64,000 nucleotides of DNA from an archaeon (GTDB lineage: Archaea > Nanobdellota > Nanobdellia > Pacearchaeales > GW2011-AR1), in NCBI GenBank assembly GCA_030605415.1, contig JAUWIJ010000001.1:91514-155513 (forward strand), in the 5' to 3' direction. This document shows, one piece after another, positions 9,956-18,939 of this stretch. The position numbers and the translations under genes are program-made. Under the pieces are notes generated by a model that ran no database searches, was not told the DNA's origin, and saw only the letters and a program-made list of their open reading frames with translations. Numbering within the stretch: the first letter of the stretch is position 1; each line of letters opens with the position of its first letter.

Positions 9956-10978
9956 TTAATCTTCCCCTGTCCAATCTTCCATTATGTCTCTGATTTCCTG
10001 AGCTTCTTTAGATAATTTCAAAGTATCTATGTCAAAATCATCAAGGTTTGAAAAATAAATTGACTCTAAATTTAATATGCCTTCTTTTGCCATGTATTTT
10101 TTTGTTTCGACAACAGGATTAAAGTAAAATTGCATTAACTCATTTTTTTTATATCTCTTGTCTTTAGCTAAAGAATGTATCATTTGATTGAGTGCCATAT
10201 ACTTCCAGAGAGAGTCCAAAGCAAGAGCAATATTTATCACATTCTCTTCCAAAAGTTTTAACAATTTTAATTTCTGAACAACTACACATAATCTATCTGT
10301 TAAGAAAAACATTTCTTCATCTTGTCCTATGGGACATTCTATGTAAAATTTATTAAATAAATCTAATATCTTTTTTGTATCTTTATCTTTTAACGCGGAA
10401 AGTAATCCCTCTTTTATAGTATAAAGCTTTTTGTTATATTTTTCATAATGGTCTAATTTTAATTCTTTAGTGTTAAGATAATTTTGATTATTTACAATTT
10501 TCTCAGATATTTTTTCAATTTCTTTATAGTTGTCTGGTTTAAATTGTGTGGAATAATCTTTTTGAGGATCTGCAATCATTAATGGAATCTGCCCATAGAG
10601 ATACCAAACAACAGGGAGATTAGTGTTAGTTTCATGAATTACATCCACTGCTGATTTTGTAAATTCTGTTCTATTTGGAGTTTTTCCTTTTTTCTTATAT
10701 TCATTTAGCAAAGTTGAAAAAATAAATTTAAACATTTCCTTGTCCTCTTTTTTTAACGGAAGATTGTAATAAGTATCTGTATCTACTTTTTGATATAAAG
10801 TTAATTTATCTGTAGAAATAACTTCCTTAATTTTTCCTTCTTGTTTTAGTTCCTCTGTAAATTTTTCTACTGTAATCCAATTAGAATCAATTTCTTTGCT
10901 TATTTGCTGGATAGTAAAAGGTTTTAGCCATAAGGAATCAAGAATTCTTTCCTTTACATCTTCACCTTTTTGTCTCAT
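9956..10978 (-). CDS. winged-HTH protein with possible SocA/Panacea (DUF4065)-like domain
   Basis: N-terminal HTH (TIQQISKEIDSNWITVEKFTEEL..EGKI) and a WYLYGQ motif resembling the Panacea W-x-x-G-P motif. Its stop abuts the PIN start. Confidence 0.5.
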   Translation of the reverse strand: MRQKGEDVKERILDSLWLKPFTIQQISKEIDSNWITVEKFTEELKQEGKIKEVISTDKLTLYQKVDTDTYYNLPLKKEDKEMFKFIFSTLLNEYKKKGKTPNRTEFTKSAVDVIHETNTNLPVVWYLYGQIPLMIADPQKDYSTQFKPDNYKEIEKISEKIVNNQNYLNTKELKLDHYEKYNKKLYTIKEGLLSALKDKDTKKILDLFNKFYIECPIGQDEEMFFLTDRLCVVVQKLKLLKLLEENVINIALALDSLWKYMALNQMIHSLAKDKRYKKNELMQFYFNPVVETKKYMAKEGILNLESIYFSNLDDFDIDTLKLSKEAQEIRDIMEDWTGED

Positions 10979-11113
10979 ATCTAAACTAAATAAAAAAGGT
11001 ATTTAAATGTTGCGATTATCATTATAAGATGTAATGATTTGTTTGTTTTTTTATAACGAAACATTTAAAAATAAGTAAATCTTACGAGATTCAATTAAAT
11101 TTCGAAAAATAAA

Positions 11114-11365
11114 ATGACAATAAGAAGAAAAGTCAAACGAGTAATAGATAAAGACACCTTCGAAACGCATAGAAAAATTCAGGGAACTAATAGAGTTAGA
11201 ATTGCCGGAATGGATGGAGCGGAATTAAATACAGTGTTAGGGAAAAGGCAAAGAGACCAAATGAAAAGGAAAATTCAGGGGAAGGTTGTAACTCTCAAGC
11301 CCGTCGGAAGAAGTTATGGAAGGGTCGTTGCGAAGGTAAGACATAAGAGGAAGTTGGTGAGATGA
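11114..11365 (+). CDS. small thermonuclease (SNase-like OB-fold) protein
   Basis: VKRVIDKDTF...VRIAGMDGAE...SYGRVVAKV mirrors the SNase motifs VIDGDT, RLxGIDAPE, DxYGRxLA. Only 83 aa. Confidence 0.65.
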   Translation: MTIRRKVKRVIDKDTFETHRKIQGTNRVRIAGMDGAELNTVLGKRQRDQMKRKIQGKVVTLKPVGRSYGRVVAKVRHKRKLVR

Positions 11366-11403
11366 TGATCATAAATAATTAAATAAATGGAGGAAAAATA
11401 AAA

Positions 11404-11535
11404 ATGGTAACAACAGGAGAAAAACCCGGAAAAGGAACATATACTTGTAGGAATTGTGGGCAAAGAATTACGCTTGATGACACGACGGACACAATGCCCC
11501 CTTGCCCGAAATGTGGAAAGACAGAATTTAATTAA
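11404..11535 (+). CDS. 43-aa zinc-ribbon protein (DUF1451-like), absent from the ORF track
   Basis: Translated by hand: MVTTGEKPGKGTYTCRNCGQRITLDDTTDTMPPCPKCGKTEFN*. Two CxxC pairs and an upstream GGAGG SD. Confidence 0.8.
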   Translation: MVTTGEKPGKGTYTCRNCGQRITLDDTTDTMPPCPKCGKTEFN

Positions 11536-11556
11536 AATTTACTTTAATTCTGTAAT

Positions 11557-12633
11557 TTATATTTTTCTATCTATTTTGCATCTTTTCATTTTTTCTTCTA
11601 ATAATTCACAAAGTTTTATATTACGCCTAACAAAAAGACTTTGTTTTCCCTTGCCACAAATAAGGAAGCTGAATTCTAATTTTTCAAGAATACCTTTTCC
11701 AGATGAAACTAATAAAGAATTATTTGTTCCATCCCAATTTTTAACTTCTTTAATTTGGGACAAATCTTTATCTTTTGAATATTTAGAAAAAAATTCTTTA
11801 GACAATTTATTAATTACTTTTTTACTCTCCTCACTTTTATAATAAATATTCAATAAAGATTTATGAAACTGAAGTTTGTTTATATTAAAAATATCTTGTT
11901 CATTTTTTAAATTAAAAGAATTATCTTCATCGCACTTGATATTGTAATATTCGGGATCATACAAAAAAATACAATGTTTTGGAGAGATGGGACAAAAAAC
12001 TAAAAGTCCTGGAGATTGGATGCCTTCAAATGAATGACTAGGATCCCTATAAATTAAATTATAAAAAACAATTGGATTATCACTAAAAATAAATTCTTCT
12101 TTAGTTTTATTCAAAATTAGAATGGGAACCAAATCAGTTAGTAAGATATTTGATTCTAAAGCATAAATAATCCCAAGGAGAAATCCTGCTGGATAAATAA
12201 GTCTCGTTTTGTCTACATCTTCTTCGGAAACTTTACTCATCAATTCTTTATTAGATTTCATTAAAGGTTTTATTGCATTATCATAAAATTTATCTATAAA
12301 ATCATTTGCCCGTTTCTTAGAATATTCCGTCCTACTATATTGAAAAGAAATAAACCTTAACATTTCCAAATAATCTAAATCTTTCATCCCTAAAAAACTA
12401 TCTGTTTCAATAATTTTCTTCAATACGGCGTTAAATCTTCCTTCAATGGGTGAGAAGCTTTTTTCTATTTCAGTATTCTGGCTATAAAAATAATTCTTTG
12501 AAGCTTGATTAGAAAAATGTCCTTTGTAATGTTTTTTGGATTTTAGAAAATATCCCCTGATTGTTTCATCATCTTCGGAAAAAAATTTGAAATAAAATTC
12601 TGGAACAAAATGTTGATTTTTATTTTCAGCCAT
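11557..12633 (-). CDS. DUF4238 domain protein
   Basis: N-terminal NQHFVPEFYFKFF and internal FIFSDNPIV, FCPISPKHCIFL motifs. ATG at 12633 overlaps the hsdS stop by 8 nt. Confidence 0.8.
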   Translation of the reverse strand: MAENKNQHFVPEFYFKFFSEDDETIRGYFLKSKKHYKGHFSNQASKNYFYSQNTEIEKSFSPIEGRFNAVLKKIIETDSFLGMKDLDYLEMLRFISFQYSRTEYSKKRANDFIDKFYDNAIKPLMKSNKELMSKVSEEDVDKTRLIYPAGFLLGIIYALESNILLTDLVPILILNKTKEEFIFSDNPIVFYNLIYRDPSHSFEGIQSPGLLVFCPISPKHCIFLYDPEYYNIKCDEDNSFNLKNEQDIFNINKLQFHKSLLNIYYKSEESKKVINKLSKEFFSKYSKDKDLSQIKEVKNWDGTNNSLLVSSGKGILEKLEFSFLICGKGKQSLFVRRNIKLCELLEEKMKRCKIDRKI

Positions 12634-14116
12634 TCCCAAAAACCTCCCCCAACACAGCCCCCATCAACCTCTCACTACCTTCCCTATTCTCCTTAATCCT
12701 CAACTCCAACTCATCACAAAACTTCATAAGAGCATCAACCTTTTCAACAATCCGACGCTGTTCGACGAGAGGGGGGAGGGGAAAAAGAGCCATCTTCCCA
12801 TCAGTAGTTCCTAATCGAGGCATCTTAACCCCATAAGTTAAGGAATTTACATAGTCCAAAAAGTCAGGACTTTTTAAAAAATATCTAAAATATTTATTAA
12901 TAATTAAATTTTTATAAATTCTCAAAGGAATTATTTCGGTTGTGCAAACCCCATTTTCATCAGCAATTATAACCTTGTCTAAATAAGGTCTTAATTTCCC
13001 ATAAAGAACATCTCCTTTTGAGAAAATATTTTTTGTGCTTTTCGATCTGTAATCTTTAAATCTCTTTTTAATTAATAATTTTGAGGTTGTCTTTTCTATA
13101 TCTTCTAAATCTAAAATCCATGTTTCAGGAGAAATATTTTTTGATTCAATTTTTTCTGATGAACCATATTCACAAACATCCCCCAACCTACACCAAACCC
13201 AACCCTTCGGCAACTCATAAGGAATTTCATCGTCGGAAATCGCAGGCAAATCTTTTCCCTTCCTAATCTTTCCTTCTTTAATCAATTTCTCTTTTTCTTT
13301 CTTAATTTTTTTCAATAATTCAACAGCAGATTCATCCGACGGATTTTGCGGAACAAGTTTTCCCTGAACCGCTTCGGAAAGGATTGCTTGTTTGAGTTTT
13401 GTTAAGAGAGTTTTATTATCTTTTGAATTTTCTAAAACTTGAAACAAATTTTCTCCCAGGTCTTGTAATTTTAAAATTTTCTTTTCTGTTTTGCTATCAA
13501 AATTTTTTTGATTATCTAAACAATTATCCCTAAGACCTTCTAAAAAATTAATAATTTTTTCCTGAGTTTTTTTGTCTGGGATTGGAAACTCTAATTCTTC
13601 AATCTGTTTTCCACTAATATTGGGCTGAGCTCCACCATAGCCAAAACTTTTAACTCTCTCCTGAACTCCCCTTGCCAACCAATAAACATACCTATTAAAA
13701 AATTCTTCCGGTTTTAAAATATGAAATTTCCCAACTCTTTGATTTAAGTAAAGTTTTCCTAATCCTTCTTGAACAATGCCTAATTTTCCGATTGTTCCTC
13801 CCGTCATCGCAATTAAGATATCTCCTTCAAGTAGTTGGTATTTATCATATTCGGATTTTTCCTCATAACATCTAACCCCCGACAAATCTATTTTTTCATT
13901 TTGAAAATCTGAAATTCTTATCACCGGAATTCCCTCTTTTTGATATTGAGAACTTTTGAAAGCATAACCCCCAAAAATTTTTATATGCTTTCCTAATTTT
14001 CCTGTTTTAATTTTTTTAGATAAATAATTATTAATTAATTCCAAATAAATTGAAAGATTATTATAGAATACTCTCTGTTTTTGATTTTCTCCAATTGTTA
14101 TCTGTTTGCCTTTCAT
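12626..14116 (-). CDS. hsdS: type I R-M specificity subunit
   Basis: Two TRDs (GYAFKS...GGAQPNIS...IP; KGDVLYGKLRPYL...PLPPLVEQRRIV) joined by LKQAILSEAVQGKLVPQ...YELPKGWVWCRLG. Confidence 0.93.
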   Translation of the reverse strand: MKGKQITIGENQKQRVFYNNLSIYLELINNYLSKKIKTGKLGKHIKIFGGYAFKSSQYQKEGIPVIRISDFQNEKIDLSGVRCYEEKSEYDKYQLLEGDILIAMTGGTIGKLGIVQEGLGKLYLNQRVGKFHILKPEEFFNRYVYWLARGVQERVKSFGYGGAQPNISGKQIEELEFPIPDKKTQEKIINFLEGLRDNCLDNQKNFDSKTEKKILKLQDLGENLFQVLENSKDNKTLLTKLKQAILSEAVQGKLVPQNPSDESAVELLKKIKKEKEKLIKEGKIRKGKDLPAISDDEIPYELPKGWVWCRLGDVCEYGSSEKIESKNISPETWILDLEDIEKTTSKLLIKKRFKDYRSKSTKNIFSKGDVLYGKLRPYLDKVIIADENGVCTTEIIPLRIYKNLIINKYFRYFLKSPDFLDYVNSLTYGVKMPRLGTTDGKMALFPLPPLVEQRRIVEKVDALMKFCDELELRIKENREGSERLMGAVLGEVFGNG

Positions 14117-14253
14117 CTCCCGCCCCCAATAAAAACATCCATCAACTCTTTATGCTCTCCCAAATCAAATCCGAAATAATGTCTGGGCTTAAACTCAACA
14201 TACCAATCAAAACCATTTTCTCTCTCAATCTCATCAGTACTTTTTCCTATCAT
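14113..14253 (-). CDS. 46-aa hypothetical protein, absent from the ORF track, coupled to hsdS
   Basis: Hand translation MIGKSTDEIERENGFDWYVEFKPRHYFGFDLGEHKELMDVFIGGGR*. Its TGA overlaps the hsdS ATG (ATGA). Confidence 0.45.
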   Translation of the reverse strand: MIGKSTDEIERENGFDWYVEFKPRHYFGFDLGEHKELMDVFIGGGR

Positions 14254-14286
14254 TTTTTTCCCTCTGAAATTTCCCCTTTCCTCATC

Positions 14287-14856
14287 TCACTCAAAATCCT
14301 CCTTAACTAATCTTTCCCATCGAGAAGCGACCTTCAATAACTGATTTGATGTAGAAAATTTTGAATCTCTCTTCCTGTCAAAATAAGTATAAATAATAAC
14401 TTCAAAACCTTTTTGTTTCATTCTTTCAATAACCGGAACAAAGTCAGAATCCGAAGCAATTAGAATTATTTTCTTAATATTTTGATAATTCTCTTTAATA
14501 TCAAACATATCCATAATAATCAAAGCATCAACCCCTTTCTGTTTATAATCTTCATGCCCCTTTTCATTAATTATTTTTTGACATCTTCCCTCTCTCAGGG
14601 TAATCCACTTTTTTCTCCTTAACATCTTTGTCATACTTTGATATCTACTCATCAAGAAATCTTCTTTTTCAGTAGGTTTCGGACTTTGGAAGGGCGGGGC
14701 AGTATAAATATAAAGATGTTTCAAATTAAGATTTTCCTTCTTGCAAATATTCCTAAATGTCTGAAGATATTTTTTTGGTTTCCCATCTTCTTTTGAAAAA
14801 TGTTTCTTGACTAATCCAAAGAACCCATCATCAATAAATAGTAAGGCATCATCCAT
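14287..14856 (-). CDS. NYN domain (LabA/DUF88, PIN-fold) ribonuclease
   Basis: LFIDDG, QKGVDALIIMDM and LIASDSDFVP motifs. Confidence 0.9.
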   Translation of the reverse strand: MDDALLFIDDGFFGLVKKHFSKEDGKPKKYLQTFRNICKKENLNLKHLYIYTAPPFQSPKPTEKEDFLMSRYQSMTKMLRRKKWITLREGRCQKIINEKGHEDYKQKGVDALIIMDMFDIKENYQNIKKIILIASDSDFVPVIERMKQKGFEVIIYTYFDRKRDSKFSTSNQLLKVASRWERLVKEDFE

Positions 14857-14956
14857 TAGAAACTACCTCAAAAAAATAAAAACATCTGGCAACCCTAAGA
14901 TCACCAGGGATCATACTCACAATCCGAAGATTGCTATTACTACTACTACTTTTTAA

Positions 14957-14964
14957 TTTATAAA
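14957..14964 (-). promoter_or_regulatory. archaeal TATA box upstream of the NYN gene leader
   Basis: TTTATAAA preceded on the minus strand by purine-rich AGAAAG (BRE-like), about 100 nt upstream of the NYN start. Confidence 0.5.
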
Positions 14965-14977
14965 CTTTCTGGTTCAT

Positions 14978-16402
14978 CTAAACCTCCCCCTTAATCTTCT
15001 CGATTAACTCTTTTGATTTCTCAAAACTATTTTCTAACTTCTCCAAAATCTCCTTAGAACTCAAACTTTCTTCCTCGACTTTTCCGTTTGGATTATTTAT
15101 ATCAAGATTAAAATTTCTTTTCTCTATTTCTTCAATAGAAACTTTCCAGCAATTATTTTTAAATTTTTTATTGTCCCTATCATTCCACCATTCTTTCTCA
15201 AAATCAAATTCCTTTATCCTAATAGGTTTTCCCTTATTGTAAGTTTTATATCCTTCGGGAAGAGGATGCTCAAAATACCAAATATCTTTAGTTGGTTTTC
15301 CCTTTTCAAAAAATAATAGATTCGTCCTAATCCCCGTATAAGGATTAAAGACTCCATTAGGCAAACGGACAATTGTGTGCAAATTAAATTCAGATAATAA
15401 TTTTTCTTTTATTCTTGTCTTGACACCCTCGCCAAATAAAAATCCGTCAGGCAAAACAATTCCACACCTTCCTTCATCTCTTAATAATTTGGTAATTAAA
15501 ATTAAAAATAAATCTGCTGTTTCTCTCGTCTGGAATTCAGTCGGGAAATTTTTTTCTATCCCGTCTTCTTCTGCTCCGCCAAAGGGGGGATTCGTCACAA
15601 CGCAATCAACCATATCTTTTGAAAAATATTCCCTTAAGGGCTTAGATAAAGAATTATCGTGTTTAATATTTGGTTCCTCTATATCATGCAAAATTAAATT
15701 AGTCATACAAAGCAAATGAGGCAAGGGCTTTTTCTCAATCCCACGAATATTCTTTGCTAACGTTTGTAATTCCTCGACATTATCAACTTCTTTTCTCATA
15801 TTTTCCAAGGATGAGATTAAAAAACCTCCAGTGCCACAAGCGGGGTCTAAAACAATTTCCCCCAACTTGGGATTAACCATATCAACAATAAATTGAGTAA
15901 CTGCCCTCGGTGTATAAAACTCCCCTGCACTTCCGGCACTTTGCAATTCTTTTAAAATTGTCTCGTAGATATCATTGAATAAATGCCTGTCTTTTGAAGA
16001 AGTAAAATCAATCTTATTTATCTCATTAATAACTTGTCTCATCAAAACTCCATTTTTCATATAATTGTAGGTGTCCTCAAAAACCTGACGAACAATCATT
16101 GCCTTCCTGCTTCCCTCAATATCAAGAGCCTTAATTTTATCAAAAACTTCTTCGTTAATAAAATCCAATAATTCATCTCCTGTAATACCTTCATCATCTG
16201 ATGCCCAGTTTCTCCATCTAATTTCTTCTGGCAAGGGAGATTTATACTTAGAATCTTCCGCTTCTTTTTCCTCTTCCATAGCATCAAAAACTTTTAAGAA
16301 AATCATCCAAGTCATTTGAGAAATTCTTTGTGCATCGCCATCTACTCCCGGGTCTTTTCTCATTATGTTTCTTATAGAGTGAATTATATTTCCTACTGCC
16401 AT
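14978..16402 (-). CDS. hsdM: type I R-M methyltransferase (m6A) subunit
   Basis: MRKDPGVDGDAQRISQ N-terminus, GEFYTPR, LDPACGTGGFL and TNPPFGG. ATG at 16402 preferred over 16441. Confidence 0.95.
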   Translation of the reverse strand: MAVGNIIHSIRNIMRKDPGVDGDAQRISQMTWMIFLKVFDAMEEEKEAEDSKYKSPLPEEIRWRNWASDDEGITGDELLDFINEEVFDKIKALDIEGSRKAMIVRQVFEDTYNYMKNGVLMRQVINEINKIDFTSSKDRHLFNDIYETILKELQSAGSAGEFYTPRAVTQFIVDMVNPKLGEIVLDPACGTGGFLISSLENMRKEVDNVEELQTLAKNIRGIEKKPLPHLLCMTNLILHDIEEPNIKHDNSLSKPLREYFSKDMVDCVVTNPPFGGAEEDGIEKNFPTEFQTRETADLFLILITKLLRDEGRCGIVLPDGFLFGEGVKTRIKEKLLSEFNLHTIVRLPNGVFNPYTGIRTNLLFFEKGKPTKDIWYFEHPLPEGYKTYNKGKPIRIKEFDFEKEWWNDRDNKKFKNNCWKVSIEEIEKRNFNLDINNPNGKVEEESLSSKEILEKLENSFEKSKELIEKIKGEV

Positions 16403-16503
16403 GAAATCAGAAAACTTAAGAGATATATAAAGATTGTCCATTTCAACTTCATTCTTTACGTATACATATTATGTCGAACGATTTGGGTGAATATTCTGAA
16501 AAT

Positions 16504-17166
16504 CTAACCCTTCTCAGCCCAACTCCAAAACTTCCCATCTCCAATAATTACATGGTCCAAAACCTTAATTCCCAATTCTTCCCCATTTTTTACCAGCCTT
16601 TCGGTTATCTTCAAATCCTCGTCGCTCGGTGTTGGGTTACCACTAGGATGATTATGAACTAAAATAATTTTGGAAGCAGAGTTCCTTATTGCAGGTCTAA
16701 AAATTTCCCTCGGATGAATGATAGAGGCATCTAAAATTCCCTTACTAATAAATTGTTCCCCGACAATATTATTTTGCGTATTCAGCATCAAAACATAAAA
16801 GCACTCTTCCCTTTTGTCTCTCAATTTTTCGTGAAATAAATTGAAAATATCTTCGGCACAGCTAATTTTTTTTATCAGTTTTTCAGACTGAATTCGCCTT
16901 TTGCTAATTTCGGCAATTGATAAAATTTGCATCGCTTTCGCAGGACCAATTCCCTTGATTTGCTGAAGTTCTTTTAGCGAGCATTCAAAAAGTTTGTTTA
17001 ATCCATATTCGCTGATTAATCTGTTTGACATATCAACCACATTTTCACCAGAAAAACCCGTCCTCAATAAAATCGCAAAAAGTTCGGCGTCACTTAATCT
17101 TTCTGGTCCATGTTTTAGAAATTTTTCTCTCGGTCGCGAATCCGGGAGGAGCTCTTTTATTTTCAT
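16504..17166 (-). CDS. radC: RadC family JAB-domain protein
   Basis: RPREKFLKHG..LSDAELFAILLRTG, GIGPAKA HhH, HPREIF, HNHPSG..TPS.ED, LDHVIIG. Confidence 0.95.
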   Translation of the reverse strand: MKIKELLPDSRPREKFLKHGPERLSDAELFAILLRTGFSGENVVDMSNRLISEYGLNKLFECSLKELQQIKGIGPAKAMQILSIAEISKRRIQSEKLIKKISCAEDIFNLFHEKLRDKREECFYVLMLNTQNNIVGEQFISKGILDASIIHPREIFRPAIRNSASKIILVHNHPSGNPTPSDEDLKITERLVKNGEELGIKVLDHVIIGDGKFWSWAEKG

Positions 17167-17196
17167 AAGAATTAAAGATTTTGTGAAGTTATAAAA

Positions 17197-18909
17197 TCAT
17201 CTATGCGCAAACCAAAATTCTAATTTCATTTCATTTTTATCATATAATTTCATTTCATTTTTATCATATAATTTAACAAAACCAAATCTCTCAAATTGTA
17301 TAACAGTTCCAACTTTTAATTTTGATAATTCGGGCTCACCAAGCCCTCTCACGACAGTTCCGTCAGGCATTGTAATCTTCACATCAATATTTTTTGTATT
17401 AGCCGGAAGCCACTGAAGAAATTTTGTTTCCAATTTATTGTCCGGCTCTTCAGATATAAAAGAGAGAGTCCTTGGTTTTGTTATTTGAAGATTGTCTGAC
17501 TTAAAATTGAGAAGATGCATTAGCCGATAATTGCCACTTTTCATCATATCAAGGTCCCAATTTGAAATCAAAAAATCTTGAGTTGTCTTGTATTTTCGCA
17601 CACCCAACTTTCCACTTGGATGAAATGGAATTTTCGCAATCAGTTCAGGACATCCTTTGATTGTAATTTTTTTCGGATTCTCCACAAAGAAATATCGCGG
17701 AACATCTTCAAGAATTTTTTTATTTAAAACATAAAGAGCTTCAACCGGAACAGTTATACTTGTTTTCCGCATTCCAAGACTTAAGACGAATTGCCTAATC
17801 GCTTCCGGCTGAATACCTCGGTCCCGGAGAGATTGTAACGACCATGTTCGCGGATCATTCCAACCGGTATAATTTCCCGTTTTGACTTTTCGGGCATCTC
17901 TAGATTTTGATATTTTTACAGTTTCAACTGCAAAGTGACCATTGTAAATACTTTCAGGATTTGCCCAGCCGAAGATTTTACGGATAAAATTCTGAACTCG
18001 CGTCGACATATAATGGTCAACTCCCCTTAAAACATGAGTAACTCCAAGAAGATGGTCATCAATTGCCCAGGAAAATTCCATTGAAGGATATACCCTGAAT
18101 TTTGTTTTTGTTTTCGGATGAGGTCGGTCAGAAATCTTAAACATTACTCTATCCCGAAAAGCCGGGTCTGGGTCTTGCATATTTGTTTTTAGCCGAACCG
18201 TCATCGCACCCTCTTTTGCCCTGAACATTTCTTTCCATTTTTCTATCTGCTTCGAGGCAGAAAGTTGCCGACACGAACATTCAACACCTTTAACTTTTAA
18301 TTTGTGCATTTTTTCTTGGTTACAATTACAAACATAAAGGTATCCCTTTTTTAACATCTCTTCCGCATAAGCGTAATATTTTTCGGTTCGGTCAGATTTA
18401 TATATTATTTTTTTATCATAGTTGATGCCGAGCCATTTGATTCCTTCTTCGATGAGTTTGTAAGCTGCGGGTTCTATCTGTTTTATTTCAGAGCCAATCG
18501 TGTCGTCCATAACAATCAAAAGTTTGCCCCCATACATTCGAACATATTCATCGTTAAGAATCACCGTTCTGGCATTCCCAATATGCAAGGGTCCCGAGGG
18601 AAATGGCGCCATCCGCATCACCACCTGTCCCCTTTTTGCATTCGGCAATTTTTTCAGTCCTTTTCTAATTTTCCTCTTAGAAGTTTTAGTATCCAGCTTC
18701 GAAAATTGCTCCTCCTGCTTCTTTTGAGAAAGTGCATTCACCTCTTTGAGAACTTTTTGAATTAACGGCATAACATCTTTTATTTCCGACTTTTCCAAAC
18801 CCTCTGCAAACAATCCCGCCAAAACCGCACCCTGATTTGCCTTACCCTTATGTTTAATTGCGTTCTCGAGAGCATAAGCCCTTATCACATCTTTCGATAT
18901 TTCTGTCAT
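17197..18909 (-). CDS. gltX: glutamate--tRNA ligase, archaeal type
   Basis: RMAPFPSGPLHIGN (HIGH), THVLRGVDH, KISKS (KMSKS), QFERFGF; archaeal N-terminal extension. Confidence 0.95.
   Translation of the reverse strand: MTEISKDVIRAYALENAIKHKGKANQGAVLAGLFAEGLEKSEIKDVMPLIQKVLKEVNALSQKKQEEQFSKLDTKTSKRKIRKGLKKLPNAKRGQVVMRMAPFPSGPLHIGNARTVILNDEYVRMYGGKLLIVMDDTIGSEIKQIEPAAYKLIEEGIKWLGINYDKKIIYKSDRTEKYYAYAEEMLKKGYLYVCNCNQEKMHKLKVKGVECSCRQLSASKQIEKWKEMFRAKEGAMTVRLKTNMQDPDPAFRDRVMFKISDRPHPKTKTKFRVYPSMEFSWAIDDHLLGVTHVLRGVDHYMSTRVQNFIRKIFGWANPESIYNGHFAVETVKISKSRDARKVKTGNYTGWNDPRTWSLQSLRDRGIQPEAIRQFVLSLGMRKTSITVPVEALYVLNKKILEDVPRYFFVENPKKITIKGCPELIAKIPFHPSGKLGVRKYKTTQDFLISNWDLDMMKSGNYRLMHLLNFKSDNLQITKPRTLSFISEEPDNKLETKFLQWLPANTKNIDVKITMPDGTVVRGLGEPELSKLKVGTVIQFERFGFVKLYDKNEMKLYDKNEMKLEFWFAHR
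17221..17274. repeat. 24-bp in-frame tandem duplication in the gltX 3' end
   Basis: TAATTTCATTTCATTTTTATCATA x2 plus a partial third copy; gives KLYDKNEM-KLYDKNEM-KL. Confidence 0.9.
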
Positions 18910-18939
18910 AGTATTATAAGGAAGACTGGGTTTTAAATG

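Noticed and set aside
11456-11842. 128-aa + strand ORF
   Set aside because: It overlaps the real Zn-ribbon microprotein in another frame and the 3' end of DUF4238 on the opposite strand; no motif.
14050-14310. 86-aa + strand ORF between hsdS and NYN
   Set aside because: Antisense to hsdS and to the minus-strand 46-aa ORF; its composition mirrors the purine-rich minus strand.
16504-17166. RadC as evidence of an integrated mobile element
   Set aside because: It is the full-length HhH+JAB form next to gltX, with no integrase, att repeats or transposase visible.
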